Under the pieces are notes generated by a model that ran no database searches, was not told the DNA's origin, and saw nothing but the letters and a program-made list of their open reading frames with translations. The translations under genes and the position numbers were made by a program. DNA of 64,000 bases from NCBI RefSeq assembly GCF_041248615.1, contig NZ_CP158426.1; one strand, 5' to 3'. Positions 52,102-62,152 of the stretch are shown in pieces; the first letter of the stretch is position 1, and each line of letters begins with the position of its first letter. This DNA is from Escherichia coli. GTDB lineage: Bacteria > Pseudomonadota > Gammaproteobacteria > Enterobacterales > Enterobacteriaceae.

Positions 52102-52974
52102 TTACCAGCGACCGGACGCGCCGCCACCGCCAGAAGAACCGCCCCCGCCGCTAAATCCGCCGCCACTTGAGCCGCCACCGGAACCGCTGTTGTCTGAATG
52201 ATAACTTCTACCAGATGCTTTTTTCTGAAGTACACATAAACAGGTAAAGACCATAATGGTGGTGAAAGTAAAAAAGAAGAAAAATACAGCAATGGAAAAA
52301 GTTTTATCGGAGAACAGGAATAAATCTAAAAGATAGATTGCTGAAATACAGACACTGCTTTTACATGCGCGACAAAAATTACTGCCTTGATGAAAAAACC
52401 AGAAAGGGAAGAACATCACTGCAAATACCCAAAAAATAGCAAAGTAATAATGATCACTGGAAGACGCTGATTCAATTTCTGAAGGATTAGCCGGATATTG
52501 GTGTTGTGAAGTGAGTTGGTTATTCAAAGCGTTTATAGCTAGCTCTAATCCCTGAGCTAATTTTTGTTGTTTAAATGCGGGTATCATGTTGCTACGGATG
52601 ATATCTCCAGCCAGAGCATCGGTTACCTTTTCTTCCAGCCCATAACCTACCTGGATGCGGACAGTACGATCCGACCAGGCAACAATGATCAGTATCCCAT
52701 CATTACGTTTGGCATCTCCTAAACGCCAATTGTCAAAAACCCGTGTAGCATATTTTTCAATTGTCTCGTCTTTGGTTGTGGGAACAATTAATACAGCAAT
52801 TTGCACTTGGGTATTATTGAAAATAGATTCTAACTTGTACGTCAGTTCTTTCTTTTCTTGTGAGTTTAAGCTACTCGTAAGATCCGTAACTTGTTGCTGT
52901 AATGATGGGACAATAGTTGGTTGGGCTGCAACAAAGGAACACACGAATGTGAATATTAGTATGAAATAGCGCAT
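52102..52974 (-). CDS. ygcG: TPM-domain membrane protein with glycine-rich C-terminal tail
   Basis: 290 aa from [19 protein letters not shown] (signal peptide); C-terminus [28 protein letters not shown]; the track ORF is 15 codons longer. Confidence 0.8.
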   Translation of the reverse strand: MRYFILIFTFVCSFVAAQPTIVPSLQQQVTDLTSSLNSQEKKELTYKLESIFNNTQVQIAVLIVPTTKDETIEKYATRVFDNWRLGDAKRNDGILIIVAWSDRTVRIQVGYGLEEKVTDALAGDIIRSNMIPAFKQQKLAQGLELAINALNNQLTSQHQYPANPSEIESASSSDHYYFAIFWVFAVMFFPFWFFHQGSNFCRACKSSVCISAIYLLDLFLFSDKTFSIAVFFFFFTFTTIMVFTCLCVLQKKASGRSYHSDNSGSGGGSSGGGFSGGGGSSGGGGASGRW

Positions 52975-53267
52975 TATAAATGTCCCATTAAAGCTGGATA
53001 AATAAATTGACGGCGGCATCGGTAATTTGAGATTCGTTATAATTAAAAACGAACACAGAAAAAATAAGTATAATTTTGGTGAATGTTTTTGACATGATTA
53101 AATCCCTTTACTTTATTTATTTCTGACATAATACGTTACTCCCTTTTATTATTAACGATCTGTTTCTCATTTTTCTTTAAACCTGCCTGTAACAGAATGT
53201 TAATAAGACATGATTGTTGTGGCAGGATCTGCAATAATTAACAATTATCCACTTCACAGAGAATGCT

Positions 53268-53939
53268 ATGCAGTACCCGATTAACGAGATGTTCCAGACC
53301 CTGCAAGGTGAGGGTTACTTTACCGGCGTCCCCGCCATTTTTATTCGTTTACAGGGATGCCCGGTTGGCTGTGCCTGGTGCGACACCAAACACACCTGGG
53401 AAAAGCTTGAGGATCGGGAAGTCTCCCTTTTCAGCATTCTGGCGAAGACCAAAGAGAGTGATAAGTGGGGGGCGGCGAGCAGTGAAGACTTGCTGGCTGT
53501 CATTGGTCGCCAGGGATACACCGCGCGGCATGTGGTGATTACGGGTGGTGAGCCTTGCATTCATGATTTGCTGCCACTGACTGACCTGCTCGAAAAGAAC
53601 GGTTTTAGCTGCCAGATCGAAACCAGTGGTACTCATGAGGTACGCTGCACACCGAATACCTGGGTTACCGTATCGCCAAAGCTGAACATGCGCGGCGGCT
53701 ATGAAGTGTTGTCACAGGCACTGGAGCGAGCCAACGAAATCAAGCATCCAGTGGGACGCGTGCGTGATATTGAAGCACTGGATGAACTACTGGCAACACT
53801 GACCGATGATAAACCGCGAGTCATTGCGCTGCAGCCGATTAGCCAAAAGGAAGATGCTACTCGTTTATGTATCGATACGTGCATTGCGCGCAACTGGCGT
53901 TTGTCGATGCAAACACATAAATATTTAAATATTGCCTGA
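53268..53939 (+). CDS. queE: 7-carboxy-7-deazaguanine synthase (radical SAM)
   Basis: 223 aa with CPVGCAWCDT cysteine motif. Confidence 0.9.
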   Translation: MQYPINEMFQTLQGEGYFTGVPAIFIRLQGCPVGCAWCDTKHTWEKLEDREVSLFSILAKTKESDKWGAASSEDLLAVIGRQGYTARHVVITGGEPCIHDLLPLTDLLEKNGFSCQIETSGTHEVRCTPNTWVTVSPKLNMRGGYEVLSQALERANEIKHPVGRVRDIEALDELLATLTDDKPRVIALQPISQKEDATRLCIDTCIARNWRLSMQTHKYLNIA

Positions 53940-54129
53940 TTAAACATTTATAAGCGTTATAAATGGGTGGAACCTGTAAAGACTTCTACTCATTTATATT
54001 CTTTGTCGCCTCTAAAAAACCTCCATTTTGCCCATCCTGGACTAATCATTATCATTTTCTACAAATTCTGTGGCGTTAATTTTTCGTTGGAGTGAAAATT
54101 ATTACGTCGGAGTTTGGTGGATTTTAGTC

Positions 54130-54277
54130 GGTATAGAATTACTTTAAATATTTGGCTTTTCAATCAATGAATTAAGTGCTCTTTAACATAATGGATGTGT
54201 TGTTTGTGTGTTTCTGTTAAGTTGGTAGATTGTGACTGACTTAAAAAATCAATAATTAATAATAGGTTATGTTTAGT
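54130..54277 (+). promoter_or_regulatory. Putative CRISPR leader (AT-rich) abutting repeat 1
   Basis: AT-rich tract immediately 5' of the first repeat on the repeat-sense strand; no promoter elements were verified. Confidence 0.5.
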
Positions 54278-54672
54278 GAGTTCCCCGCGCCAGCGGGGAT
54301 AAACCGGCTGATGCGGTTCTATCACCACCACAAATTATGAGTTCCCCGCGCCAGCGGGGATAAACCGCAAATACGCGCGAGTGGCTAACCTGGAATCATG
54401 AGTTCCCCGCGCCAGCGGGGATAAACCGGCGCGGACGATAATCAGGGGCAGGCAGGGCACGAGTTCCCCGCGCCAGCGGGGATAAACCGGAAATCCAATA
54501 TTAACGTGGTGTTTTCAAAACGAGTTCCCCGCGCCAGCGGGGATAAACCGCGTTTAGCTCCGCAATGCTGGATATCACTGATGAGTTCCCCGCGTCAGCG
54601 GGGATAAACCGTATGGGAAACAGTAGCAACGGGCACACTGGCGGAGTTCCCCGCGCCAGCGGGGATAAACCA
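54278..54672 (+). CRISPR. Type I-E CRISPR array, 7 repeats and 6 spacers, no cas genes in window
   Basis: 29-bp repeat GAGTTCCCCGCGCCAGCGGGGATAAACCG at 54278, 54339, 54400, 54461, 54522, 54583 and 54644 with 32-bp spacers. Repeat 6 has C13T; the last repeat ends ...CCA instead of ...CCG. Corresponds to the ygcE-ygcF array of E. coli (established knowledge). Confidence 0.95.
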
Positions 54673-55126
54673 CCATATAACCCGTAATCTCTTTCTAAAG
54701 TTTTTATATTAGCAGTACTCGTAATAAGCAACATATCCACGTAACACCTCATGTTCAAAATAGCTCTCCATATATGAGAAGTTCACAATTATCGATACAA
54801 AAAATCAAATTTAATTAAAGTGTTAGTTGTATAATACTTAAATCATTAAGAAATTATCATATATTATTTTTTTAATATTGAATTGATGTTTGTTAGTTTT
54901 TTCTTTAGGATAATAGATTGTTTTTTAAGCTTATTATTCATTGATTAAGTAATAAATCTGGAAATTTGTCTTTGTTTTGAGGCTAATGAGTGGTTTTACA
55001 TAACCGTCTCTATAGACTGTTGATGAATAGTTCTTATGAATAAAGATATCCAGTTCATACTTTAAATGAAAATTGATAAAGTACGGTTTGCGTTGTCTTT
55101 TATTCTAAGGACATCGAGTGTAGTTA

Positions 55127-55265
55127 ATATTCCTTGTAACAACAGGGATAAACCGAACTAGTTAAAGTTTTTATTATGTTCCCTGCATCAGCGGGGATAA
55201 ACCGGACTTGTTATCATTTTTTAAGTTGTCGAACTTATGTTCCCCACGTCAGCGGGGATAACCAT
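55127..55265 (+). CRISPR. Degenerate CRISPR remnant: 3 decayed type I-E repeats with one intact-length 32-bp spacer
   Basis: atgttccctgcatcagcggggataaaccg (55176-55204) and atgttccccacgtcagcggggataacc (55237-55265) flank a 32-bp spacer; a further eroded repeat ...cagggataaaccg ends at 55155. Confidence 0.75.
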
Positions 55266-55310
55266 TCAGGTATGTTCAGGCCGGGCAGTTTCCCGCCCGG
55301 CCTTCCTCAC

Positions 55311-56789
55311 TTACGCATTCGACCAGCTCTGGATCGAATCCGCATTCCCCAATTCACCATGCATCACTTCATACGATTTTTTCAGGATCACATCAGTGTG
55401 CTTGGTTAGGTCTTTGAAAATGCCTTTATTCATCGCGTCGTAGCGTTTGGCGTTGCTCTCAACAGGCATAAAGATATCTTTCACGCGAACCATTTTGTCG
55501 ACAGCCGTTGCGTAATCCGGGTATAGCCCCAGACCTACCGCCGTATTAATCGCTGCCCCCAGACTTGCACAACCATTAATGGCGTTACGGCGTGCCGGAA
55601 GGTTGAACACGTCGGCAAAAATCTGCATAAACAGATCGCTGTTCGAACCGCCGCCAGTAATGATCACATGCTTTGCAAAGTGATTCATTTCATTACACAT
55701 ATTGTCGTAATTGTTCTTCAGCGTCAGCGCCACGCTTTCCAGTATCGAACGATATATCCATGCGTAATCCATGCTGGAATCAAAGCCGATCATAATCCCG
55801 CGTTTGTACGGTTCCCACGGATTGGTCAGCCAGTCCAGCACCGTCATCAGACCATTACAGCCAGGCGGCACACAAGACGCTTTTTTGTTGAGTAAATCTT
55901 CCGGTGAAAGATCCTGTGCTTTGGCATCCTGAATTAACGACTCGCCTAACATGTCGCGCAGCCAGCTCACTGTCCACATGCCTTTGCGGATACCGTAACC
56001 TTCATACAGCAATGTTTGCGGAATAGAAGACATAATCGGCCAGTACGCTACCGGATCTTTCGGCAGTGCTTTGCCGTTCATCATCAACGCGATGTAAGTG
56101 CCAAGAGAAATTACCGCAGTTTCATCATCCAGTAACCCGGCTCCCAGTGCTTCTACCGGTTTATCACTGGTGGTACAAACAACCGGCAGCCCAGCCGGGA
56201 AATGTGTCGCCAGCGCGGCTTGACGAGTGATATGCCCAAGAACAGTGCCCGGCATTTGCACATCAAACAGCATATGACGGGGGATATTAAACTTCTCCAT
56301 GACTGCGGCATCTTCACTCCATGCCCAGGTCTTATAATCCACCGGCCACTGACCAAAATAGTTGGCGATATTGTCTTTAAACTCGCCGGTTAAGCGATGC
56401 GTCAGATAACCCGAAAAAGAGGTGACATATGCCACGTCAGGATTCGTATGTTCGTAAGGGCGTGTAACGCGTGCATCCTGCCAGCTAATCAACGGCGCAG
56501 CTGGCGTGCCATCGGCTTTCAATAACGCACGGCAGCAACGGATGGATCCCAGACCAATACCGACAATATCTTCTTTATTTCCGGCAAACTGACTCATCAA
56601 ATCGTGACCGGCAAAGCATAATGATGCCCATAAATCGTCGTCAGGATGTTCTGCGGTATCGGCATCTGGCGTGTGCATCGGCTGCAATAAGCCTTTGCCT
56701 TCGCAAACCACATTACCTTCCAGATCGTACATCACCACTTTTGTGCTCTGACTTCCACCATCAATCCCTATGATGTATTTTTTCGACAT
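55311..56789 (-). CDS. ygcE: FGGY-family carbohydrate kinase, substrate unknown
   Basis: 492 aa. Confidence 0.85.
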   Translation of the reverse strand: MSKKYIIGIDGGSQSTKVVMYDLEGNVVCEGKGLLQPMHTPDADTAEHPDDDLWASLCFAGHDLMSQFAGNKEDIVGIGLGSIRCCRALLKADGTPAAPLISWQDARVTRPYEHTNPDVAYVTSFSGYLTHRLTGEFKDNIANYFGQWPVDYKTWAWSEDAAVMEKFNIPRHMLFDVQMPGTVLGHITRQAALATHFPAGLPVVCTTSDKPVEALGAGLLDDETAVISLGTYIALMMNGKALPKDPVAYWPIMSSIPQTLLYEGYGIRKGMWTVSWLRDMLGESLIQDAKAQDLSPEDLLNKKASCVPPGCNGLMTVLDWLTNPWEPYKRGIMIGFDSSMDYAWIYRSILESVALTLKNNYDNMCNEMNHFAKHVIITGGGSNSDLFMQIFADVFNLPARRNAINGCASLGAAINTAVGLGLYPDYATAVDKMVRVKDIFMPVESNAKRYDAMNKGIFKDLTKHTDVILKKSYEVMHGELGNADSIQSWSNA

Positions 56790-56815
56790 GATTTTTCTCC
56801 TGTAATTTTCTGGAC

Positions 56816-58093
56816 TTACTTGCTGCTAGCCATAGCAGGGGCGCTATCAGCAGTACGAATTTTTTGGAACAGCAAAAAGGTAAAGACGATCACCATGGCA
56901 AGCGCCGCCATGCCCATCAGCCACATATTGCGGTAGGCTTCTGCAGCGGGCAGGGTGTCTTGCCAGTAGCCGATAATCGGGTAAACGAAGACATCCGGCA
57001 GGAATCCAATCACCGAACAAATACCTACCGTGGTGCCCATAATGTAAGACGGTGTTCTCGCTTCGCCAGGGCAGGCCCAGTACAGCCCGCGTGAGGCGTA
57101 ACAGGTGAATCCCAGCAGTAAAATCAGGCCAATCCCCATCGCGACCGATTGCGGGTTAGAGTTCGTGACGAGCAGGGCAGTTAACGCCAGCAAGCCGAGT
57201 ACGGAAAGGATTTGGATCACGCGGGTAGGGGATTTCACTTTGCTGTAGGTGGTGATAATGCCACCAAGTGGGCCGCACAGTGCGCGGAAGATTTTGTTGA
57301 TCACAATCCCCATGTAGCTCGCCGCCACCAGCGACATGCCGTACATTTCGGTCAGATAGTTGGTGGAGTAACTCAGAATGGCGTAGATGGTGAAGACACC
57401 AAAAATCACCATGCTGCAATACCAGGTGGTGCTGATGCGCAAAACAGCCAGGATGTCGCTAAGCTGGAATGACTGTTTTTCTTCGTTATTGGTATTGCGC
57501 AGGTTGTTGTTATCGCTAACAAAAAACCAACACAAAATGCCCAGCAGAATGTAAACCACACTATAGATAATAATGACCGTTTTCAGGCTGGCGCTGTCAT
57601 CCGGTGCAAAGCGAGAAAAGACCCACATGGTAAACACCGCCAGCGACATTACACCGACGCCGCGCAGCCCTTCCATCCAGCCCATAATTTTCCCTTGCTC
57701 GCTATGATCGCCCAGCAACGAGGCGGCTTTAATCGACACCGACCACAGCATTAAAATCGTCGTTATCGCAAAGGCGACCTGAATACAGAGCATTACCCAC
57801 AGCGGTGGATATGTTGCCATTAACAGACCCAGTAATCCGGTAATGATCATCGCGGAAGTAATCATTTTGCGGTGTGAAAATTTATCGGCAATAACGCCGC
57901 TGGGGGCATAAAGAATAATAGCCGCAATACCAAAGGTACTCATTATTAAACCTATCTCGGTATTGCTGAATCCCATAAATTTCGCCATGGGAATTTGATA
58001 AATATAACGTAAATAAGCCAGGTCGAAACTAACGCCGCCGCTAAAACTAATTATCGCGAGGGTTATCCAACGGCGATATGAGTTGTGTTGCAT
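56816..58093 (-). CDS. yqcE: MFS transporter, substrate unknown
   Basis: 425 aa polytopic. Confidence 0.85.
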   Translation of the reverse strand: MQHNSYRRWITLAIISFSGGVSFDLAYLRYIYQIPMAKFMGFSNTEIGLIMSTFGIAAIILYAPSGVIADKFSHRKMITSAMIITGLLGLLMATYPPLWVMLCIQVAFAITTILMLWSVSIKAASLLGDHSEQGKIMGWMEGLRGVGVMSLAVFTMWVFSRFAPDDSASLKTVIIIYSVVYILLGILCWFFVSDNNNLRNTNNEEKQSFQLSDILAVLRISTTWYCSMVIFGVFTIYAILSYSTNYLTEMYGMSLVAASYMGIVINKIFRALCGPLGGIITTYSKVKSPTRVIQILSVLGLLALTALLVTNSNPQSVAMGIGLILLLGFTCYASRGLYWACPGEARTPSYIMGTTVGICSVIGFLPDVFVYPIIGYWQDTLPAAEAYRNMWLMGMAALAMVIVFTFLLFQKIRTADSAPAMASSK

Positions 58094-58412
58094 ATCGTAT
58101 TCCCATTTGTAATAGACAAAAAAAAGAGAAAAGTAAGCCGCCCTTTCAGGTGGATTACTTTTCTCAGGTCTCTAGTAATTGCAATAAGAAATAACATGGA
58201 AAGCAGTGGTGTTGTGTGAGAGTAATCACGCTTCTGCTTTTTAAAATTATTTGACAATTCGAATATCACACTGTGATTACGATCACATTAGCGATTATGC
58301 CCTTATGATAAAAATTATCTCCAGTTACCAGAGATAATGAGAAAGGTAACTTCCCTCTCGCGGGGGAAGTTACCTTTCTTTTTTTTTTGCCTTACGGAAA
58401 TTGGAGCTAACT

Positions 58413-59198
58413 ATGTCAATCGAATCTCTCAATGCGTTCTCAATGGATTTTTTCTCCCTGAAAGGTAAAACCGCAATTGTTACCGGCGGGAATAGCGGTT
58501 TAGGCCAGGCATTTGCCATGGCGCTGGCCAAAGCAGGCGCAAATATCTTTATTCCAAGCTTCGTTAAAGATAACGGCGAAACAAAGGAAATGATTGAAAA
58601 ACAGGGTGTTGAGGTGGACTTCATGCAGGTGGATATCACCGCAGAAGGCGCGCCGCAGAAGATAATCGTCGCCTGTTGCGAACGTTTCGGTACCGTCGAT
58701 ATTCTGATTAACAATGCCGGTATTTGTAAGCTGAATAAGGTGCTGGACTTCGGTCGTGCCGACTGGGACCCGATGATTGATGTGAACCTGACCGCCGCAT
58801 TCGAGTTAAGCTATGAAGCTGCAAAAATTATGATCCCGCAGAAAAGCGGTAAAATCATTAATATCTGTTCATTATTCTCTTACTTAGGTGGACAATGGTC
58901 ACCTGCATATTCTGCCACTAAACATGCTCTTGCCGGATTCACCAAAGCTTATTGTGATGAACTAGGTCAATATAATATTCAGGTAAATGGTATTGCCCCT
59001 GGCTATTATGCAACAGATATTACGCTGGCGACACGCAGTAATCCAGAAACTAATCAGCGCGTTCTTGATCATATTCCGGCAAACCGTTGGGGCGATACTC
59101 AGGATTTAATGGGCGCAGCCGTATTCCTCGCAAGTCCGGCTTCAAATTATGTTAACGGGCATTTATTAGTGGTCGATGGCGGTTATTTAGTGCGCTAA
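58413..59198 (+). CDS. ygcW: Short-chain dehydrogenase/reductase
   Basis: 261 aa from MSIESLNAF with GGAG ribosome-binding site; TGGNSGLG cofactor motif; the track ORF starts 4 codons earlier. Confidence 0.85.
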   Translation: MSIESLNAFSMDFFSLKGKTAIVTGGNSGLGQAFAMALAKAGANIFIPSFVKDNGETKEMIEKQGVEVDFMQVDITAEGAPQKIIVACCERFGTVDILINNAGICKLNKVLDFGRADWDPMIDVNLTAAFELSYEAAKIMIPQKSGKIINICSLFSYLGGQWSPAYSATKHALAGFTKAYCDELGQYNIQVNGIAPGYYATDITLATRSNPETNQRVLDHIPANRWGDTQDLMGAAVFLASPASNYVNGHLLVVDGGYLVR

Positions 59199-59267
59199 TC
59201 CATAACGGTGGTTTCTGTTTTCTCTTATTAATGATTATTCCATTTTTATTATCAGGAAGGAATTACT

Positions 59268-60722
59268 ATGTCTTTATCTCGCGCAGCGATTGTCGACCAG
59301 CTAAAGAAAATTGTTGGTGCAGATCGCGTAATTACCGATGAAACAGTATTAAAGAAGAACAGTATTGACCGTTTTCGCAAATTTCCGGATATTCATGGCA
59401 TTTATACTTTGCCGATTCCGGCAGCGGTCGTAAAACTCGGTTCCACAGAACAAGTATCCCGTGTGCTGAATTTTATGAATGCGCACAAAATTAACGGTGT
59501 GCCGCGTACCGGTGCTTCCGCTACCGAAGGTGGGCTGGAAACCGTTGTGGAAAACTCGGTGGTGCTCGACGGCTCTGCCATGAATCAAATCATTAATATT
59601 GATATTGAGAATATGCAGGCCACGGCGCAATGCGGAGTTCCGCTGGAAGTGCTGGAAAACGCGTTGCGTGAAAAAGGTTACACCACGGGGCATTCTCCGC
59701 AGTCAAAGCCGCTGGCGCAGATGGGCGGCCTGGTAGCAACCCGCAGTATCGGGCAGTTCTCCACACTCTACGGCGCAATCGAAGATATGGTCGTTGGTCT
59801 GGAAGCAGTATTGGCTGATGGCACCGTAACACGCATTAAAAACGTACCACGCCGCGCGGCAGGCCCGGACATTCGTCACATCATCATCGGCAACGAAGGT
59901 GCATTGTGCTATATCACTGAAGTAACTGTGAAAATCTTTAAGTTCACCCCGGAAAACAACCTCTTCTACGGCTATATCCTGGAAGACATGAAAACCGGCT
60001 TCAACATCCTGCGTGAAATCATGGTGGAAGGGTATCGTCCGTCGATCGCTCGTTTGTATGACGCTGAAGATGGCACCCAACACTTCACCCATTTTGCTGA
60101 CGGAAAATGCGTGCTGATCTTTATGGCTGAAGGTAACCCTCGCATTGCGAAGGCGACGGGCGAAGGGATTGCTGAAATCGTGGCACGTTACCCGCAATGC
60201 CAGCGAGTGGACAGCAAGCTGATCGAAACCTGGTTTAACAACCTGAACTGGGGACCGGATAAAGTAGCTGCCGAACGTGTGCAGATCCTCAAAACCGGCA
60301 ACATGGGCTTTACCACCGAAGTGTCCGGCTGCTGGAGCTGCATTCACGAAATCTACGAAAGCGTTATTAACCGTATTCGTACCGAGTTCCCGCACGCCGA
60401 CGACATCACCATGCTGGGCGGTCACTCCTCTCACAGCTACCAGAACGGCACCAACATGTACTTCGTTTACGACTACAACGTTGTTGACTGTAAGCCGGAA
60501 GAGGAAATCGACAAGTACCACAATCCGCTCAACAAAATCATCTGCGAAGAAACCATTCGCCTCGGCGGTTCGATGGTGCACCACCACGGTATTGGTAAAC
60601 ATCGCGTTCACTGGAGCAAACTGGAACACGGCAGCGCGTGGACGTTGCTGGAAGGTCTGAAAAAACAGTTCGATCCTAACGGCATTATGAATACGGGTAC
60701 TATCTATCCGATTGAAAAATAA
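59268..60722 (+). CDS. ygcU: FAD-linked oxidoreductase (GlcD / alkyl-DHAP-synthase-like)
   Basis: 484 aa. Confidence 0.85.
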   Translation: MSLSRAAIVDQLKKIVGADRVITDETVLKKNSIDRFRKFPDIHGIYTLPIPAAVVKLGSTEQVSRVLNFMNAHKINGVPRTGASATEGGLETVVENSVVLDGSAMNQIINIDIENMQATAQCGVPLEVLENALREKGYTTGHSPQSKPLAQMGGLVATRSIGQFSTLYGAIEDMVVGLEAVLADGTVTRIKNVPRRAAGPDIRHIIIGNEGALCYITEVTVKIFKFTPENNLFYGYILEDMKTGFNILREIMVEGYRPSIARLYDAEDGTQHFTHFADGKCVLIFMAEGNPRIAKATGEGIAEIVARYPQCQRVDSKLIETWFNNLNWGPDKVAAERVQILKTGNMGFTTEVSGCWSCIHEIYESVINRIRTEFPHADDITMLGGHSSHSYQNGTNMYFVYDYNVVDCKPEEEIDKYHNPLNKIICEETIRLGGSMVHHHGIGKHRVHWSKLEHGSAWTLLEGLKKQFDPNGIMNTGTIYPIEK

Positions 60723-60814
60723 TATGTCAGGCAGCGTTCCGCTATGAGGGGCGTTGCCTTTTCGGCTTCTCAGGCGAGAAGCCGTTCTTATTACCGGACA
60801 ATGAAGGGGTAAAG

Positions 60815-62152
60815 ATGAACACTTCACCGGTGCGAATGGATGATTTACCGCTTAACCGTTTTCACTGTCGAATTGCTGCGCTCACTTTCGGGGCGCACCT
60901 GACCGACGGTTATGTTCTCGGCGTCATTGGTTACGCCATTATTCAGCTTACACCCGCCATGCAACTGACGCCGTTTATGGCGGGAATGATTGGCGGCTCG
61001 GCGCTACTTGGCCTGTTTATCGGTAGCCTGGTTTTGGGGTGGATCTCCGACCATATTGGTCGGCAAAAAATCTTCACCTTCAGCTTTTTGCTGATTACGC
61101 TCGCTTCGTTCTTACAATTTTTTGCCACCACGCCAGAGCATCTTATTGGACTGCGCATTTTGATCGGCATTGGTCTGGGAGGCGATTACTCAGTAGGCCA
61201 CACCTTGCTGGCTGAATTTTCTCCGCGCCGCCATCGCGGTATTTTGCTGGGCGCATTCAGCGTGGTGTGGACCGTAGGCTATGTGCTGGCAAGTATTGCC
61301 GGACATCACTTTATTAGCGAAAGCCCGGAGGCCTGGCGCTGGCTGCTGGCATCGGCAGCTCTGCCCGCATTGTTGATTACGTTATTACGCTGGGGAACGC
61401 CAGAATCGCCACGCTGGCTACTGCGCCAGGGGCGTTTTGCAGAAGCTCACGCTATCGTGCATCGCTATTTTGGTCCCCATGTTTTACTGGGCGATGAAGT
61501 GGCAACGGCGACCCATAAACACATCAAAACCTTGTTCTCTTCGCGCTACTGGCGGCGCACGGCGTTTAACAGCGTCTTCTTTGTCTGCCTCGTAATCCCA
61601 TGGTTTGTGATTTATACCTGGCTGCCAACTATCGCCCAGACTATTGGTCTGGAAGATGCGCTGACAGCTAGCCTGATGCTTAATGCGTTGTTAATTGTGG
61701 GTGCGCTGCTGGGATTAGTTCTGACGCACCTGCTGGCACATCGCAAATTTTTGCTGGGAAGTTTTTTGTTGCTGGCGGCAACGCTGGTCGTGATGGCCTG
61801 TTTGCCTTCCGGCAGTTCATTAACGCTGCTGCTTTTTGTTCTCTTCAGCACCACCATTTCGGCAGTCAGTAATCTGGTGGGCATTTTGCCTGCGGAAAGT
61901 TTTCCTACTGACATTCGCTCGCTGGGCGTCGGTTTTGCCACCGCCATGAGTCGACTTGGCGCGGCGGTAAGTACGGGCCTGCTGCCGTGGGTGCTGGCGC
62001 AGTGGGGAATGCAAGTCACCTTAATGCTCCTGGCGGCAGTGTTGTTGGTTGGTTTTGTTGTGACCTGGCTATGGGCACCAGAAACCAAAGCACTCCCGCT
62101 GGTGGCGGCGGGAAATGTAGGAGGTGCGAATGAACATTCTGTTAGCGTTTAA
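60815..62152 (+). CDS. ygcS: MFS transporter (sugar-porter-like)
   Basis: 445 aa; 3' end overlaps ygcR. Confidence 0.85.
   Translation: MNTSPVRMDDLPLNRFHCRIAALTFGAHLTDGYVLGVIGYAIIQLTPAMQLTPFMAGMIGGSALLGLFIGSLVLGWISDHIGRQKIFTFSFLLITLASFLQFFATTPEHLIGLRILIGIGLGGDYSVGHTLLAEFSPRRHRGILLGAFSVVWTVGYVLASIAGHHFISESPEAWRWLLASAALPALLITLLRWGTPESPRWLLRQGRFAEAHAIVHRYFGPHVLLGDEVATATHKHIKTLFSSRYWRRTAFNSVFFVCLVIPWFVIYTWLPTIAQTIGLEDALTASLMLNALLIVGALLGLVLTHLLAHRKFLLGSFLLLAATLVVMACLPSGSSLTLLLFVLFSTTISAVSNLVGILPAESFPTDIRSLGVGFATAMSRLGAAVSTGLLPWVLAQWGMQVTLMLLAAVLLVGFVVTWLWAPETKALPLVAAGNVGGANEHSVSV

Noticed and set aside
52102-55311. cas genes or another defence system adjacent to the CRISPR arrays
   Set aside because: Flanking ORFs are ygcG, queE and ygcE; no Cas-like translation in any frame of the window.
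59703-60827. 374-aa minus-strand ORF
   Set aside because: Antisense to ygcU; not a recognisable protein.
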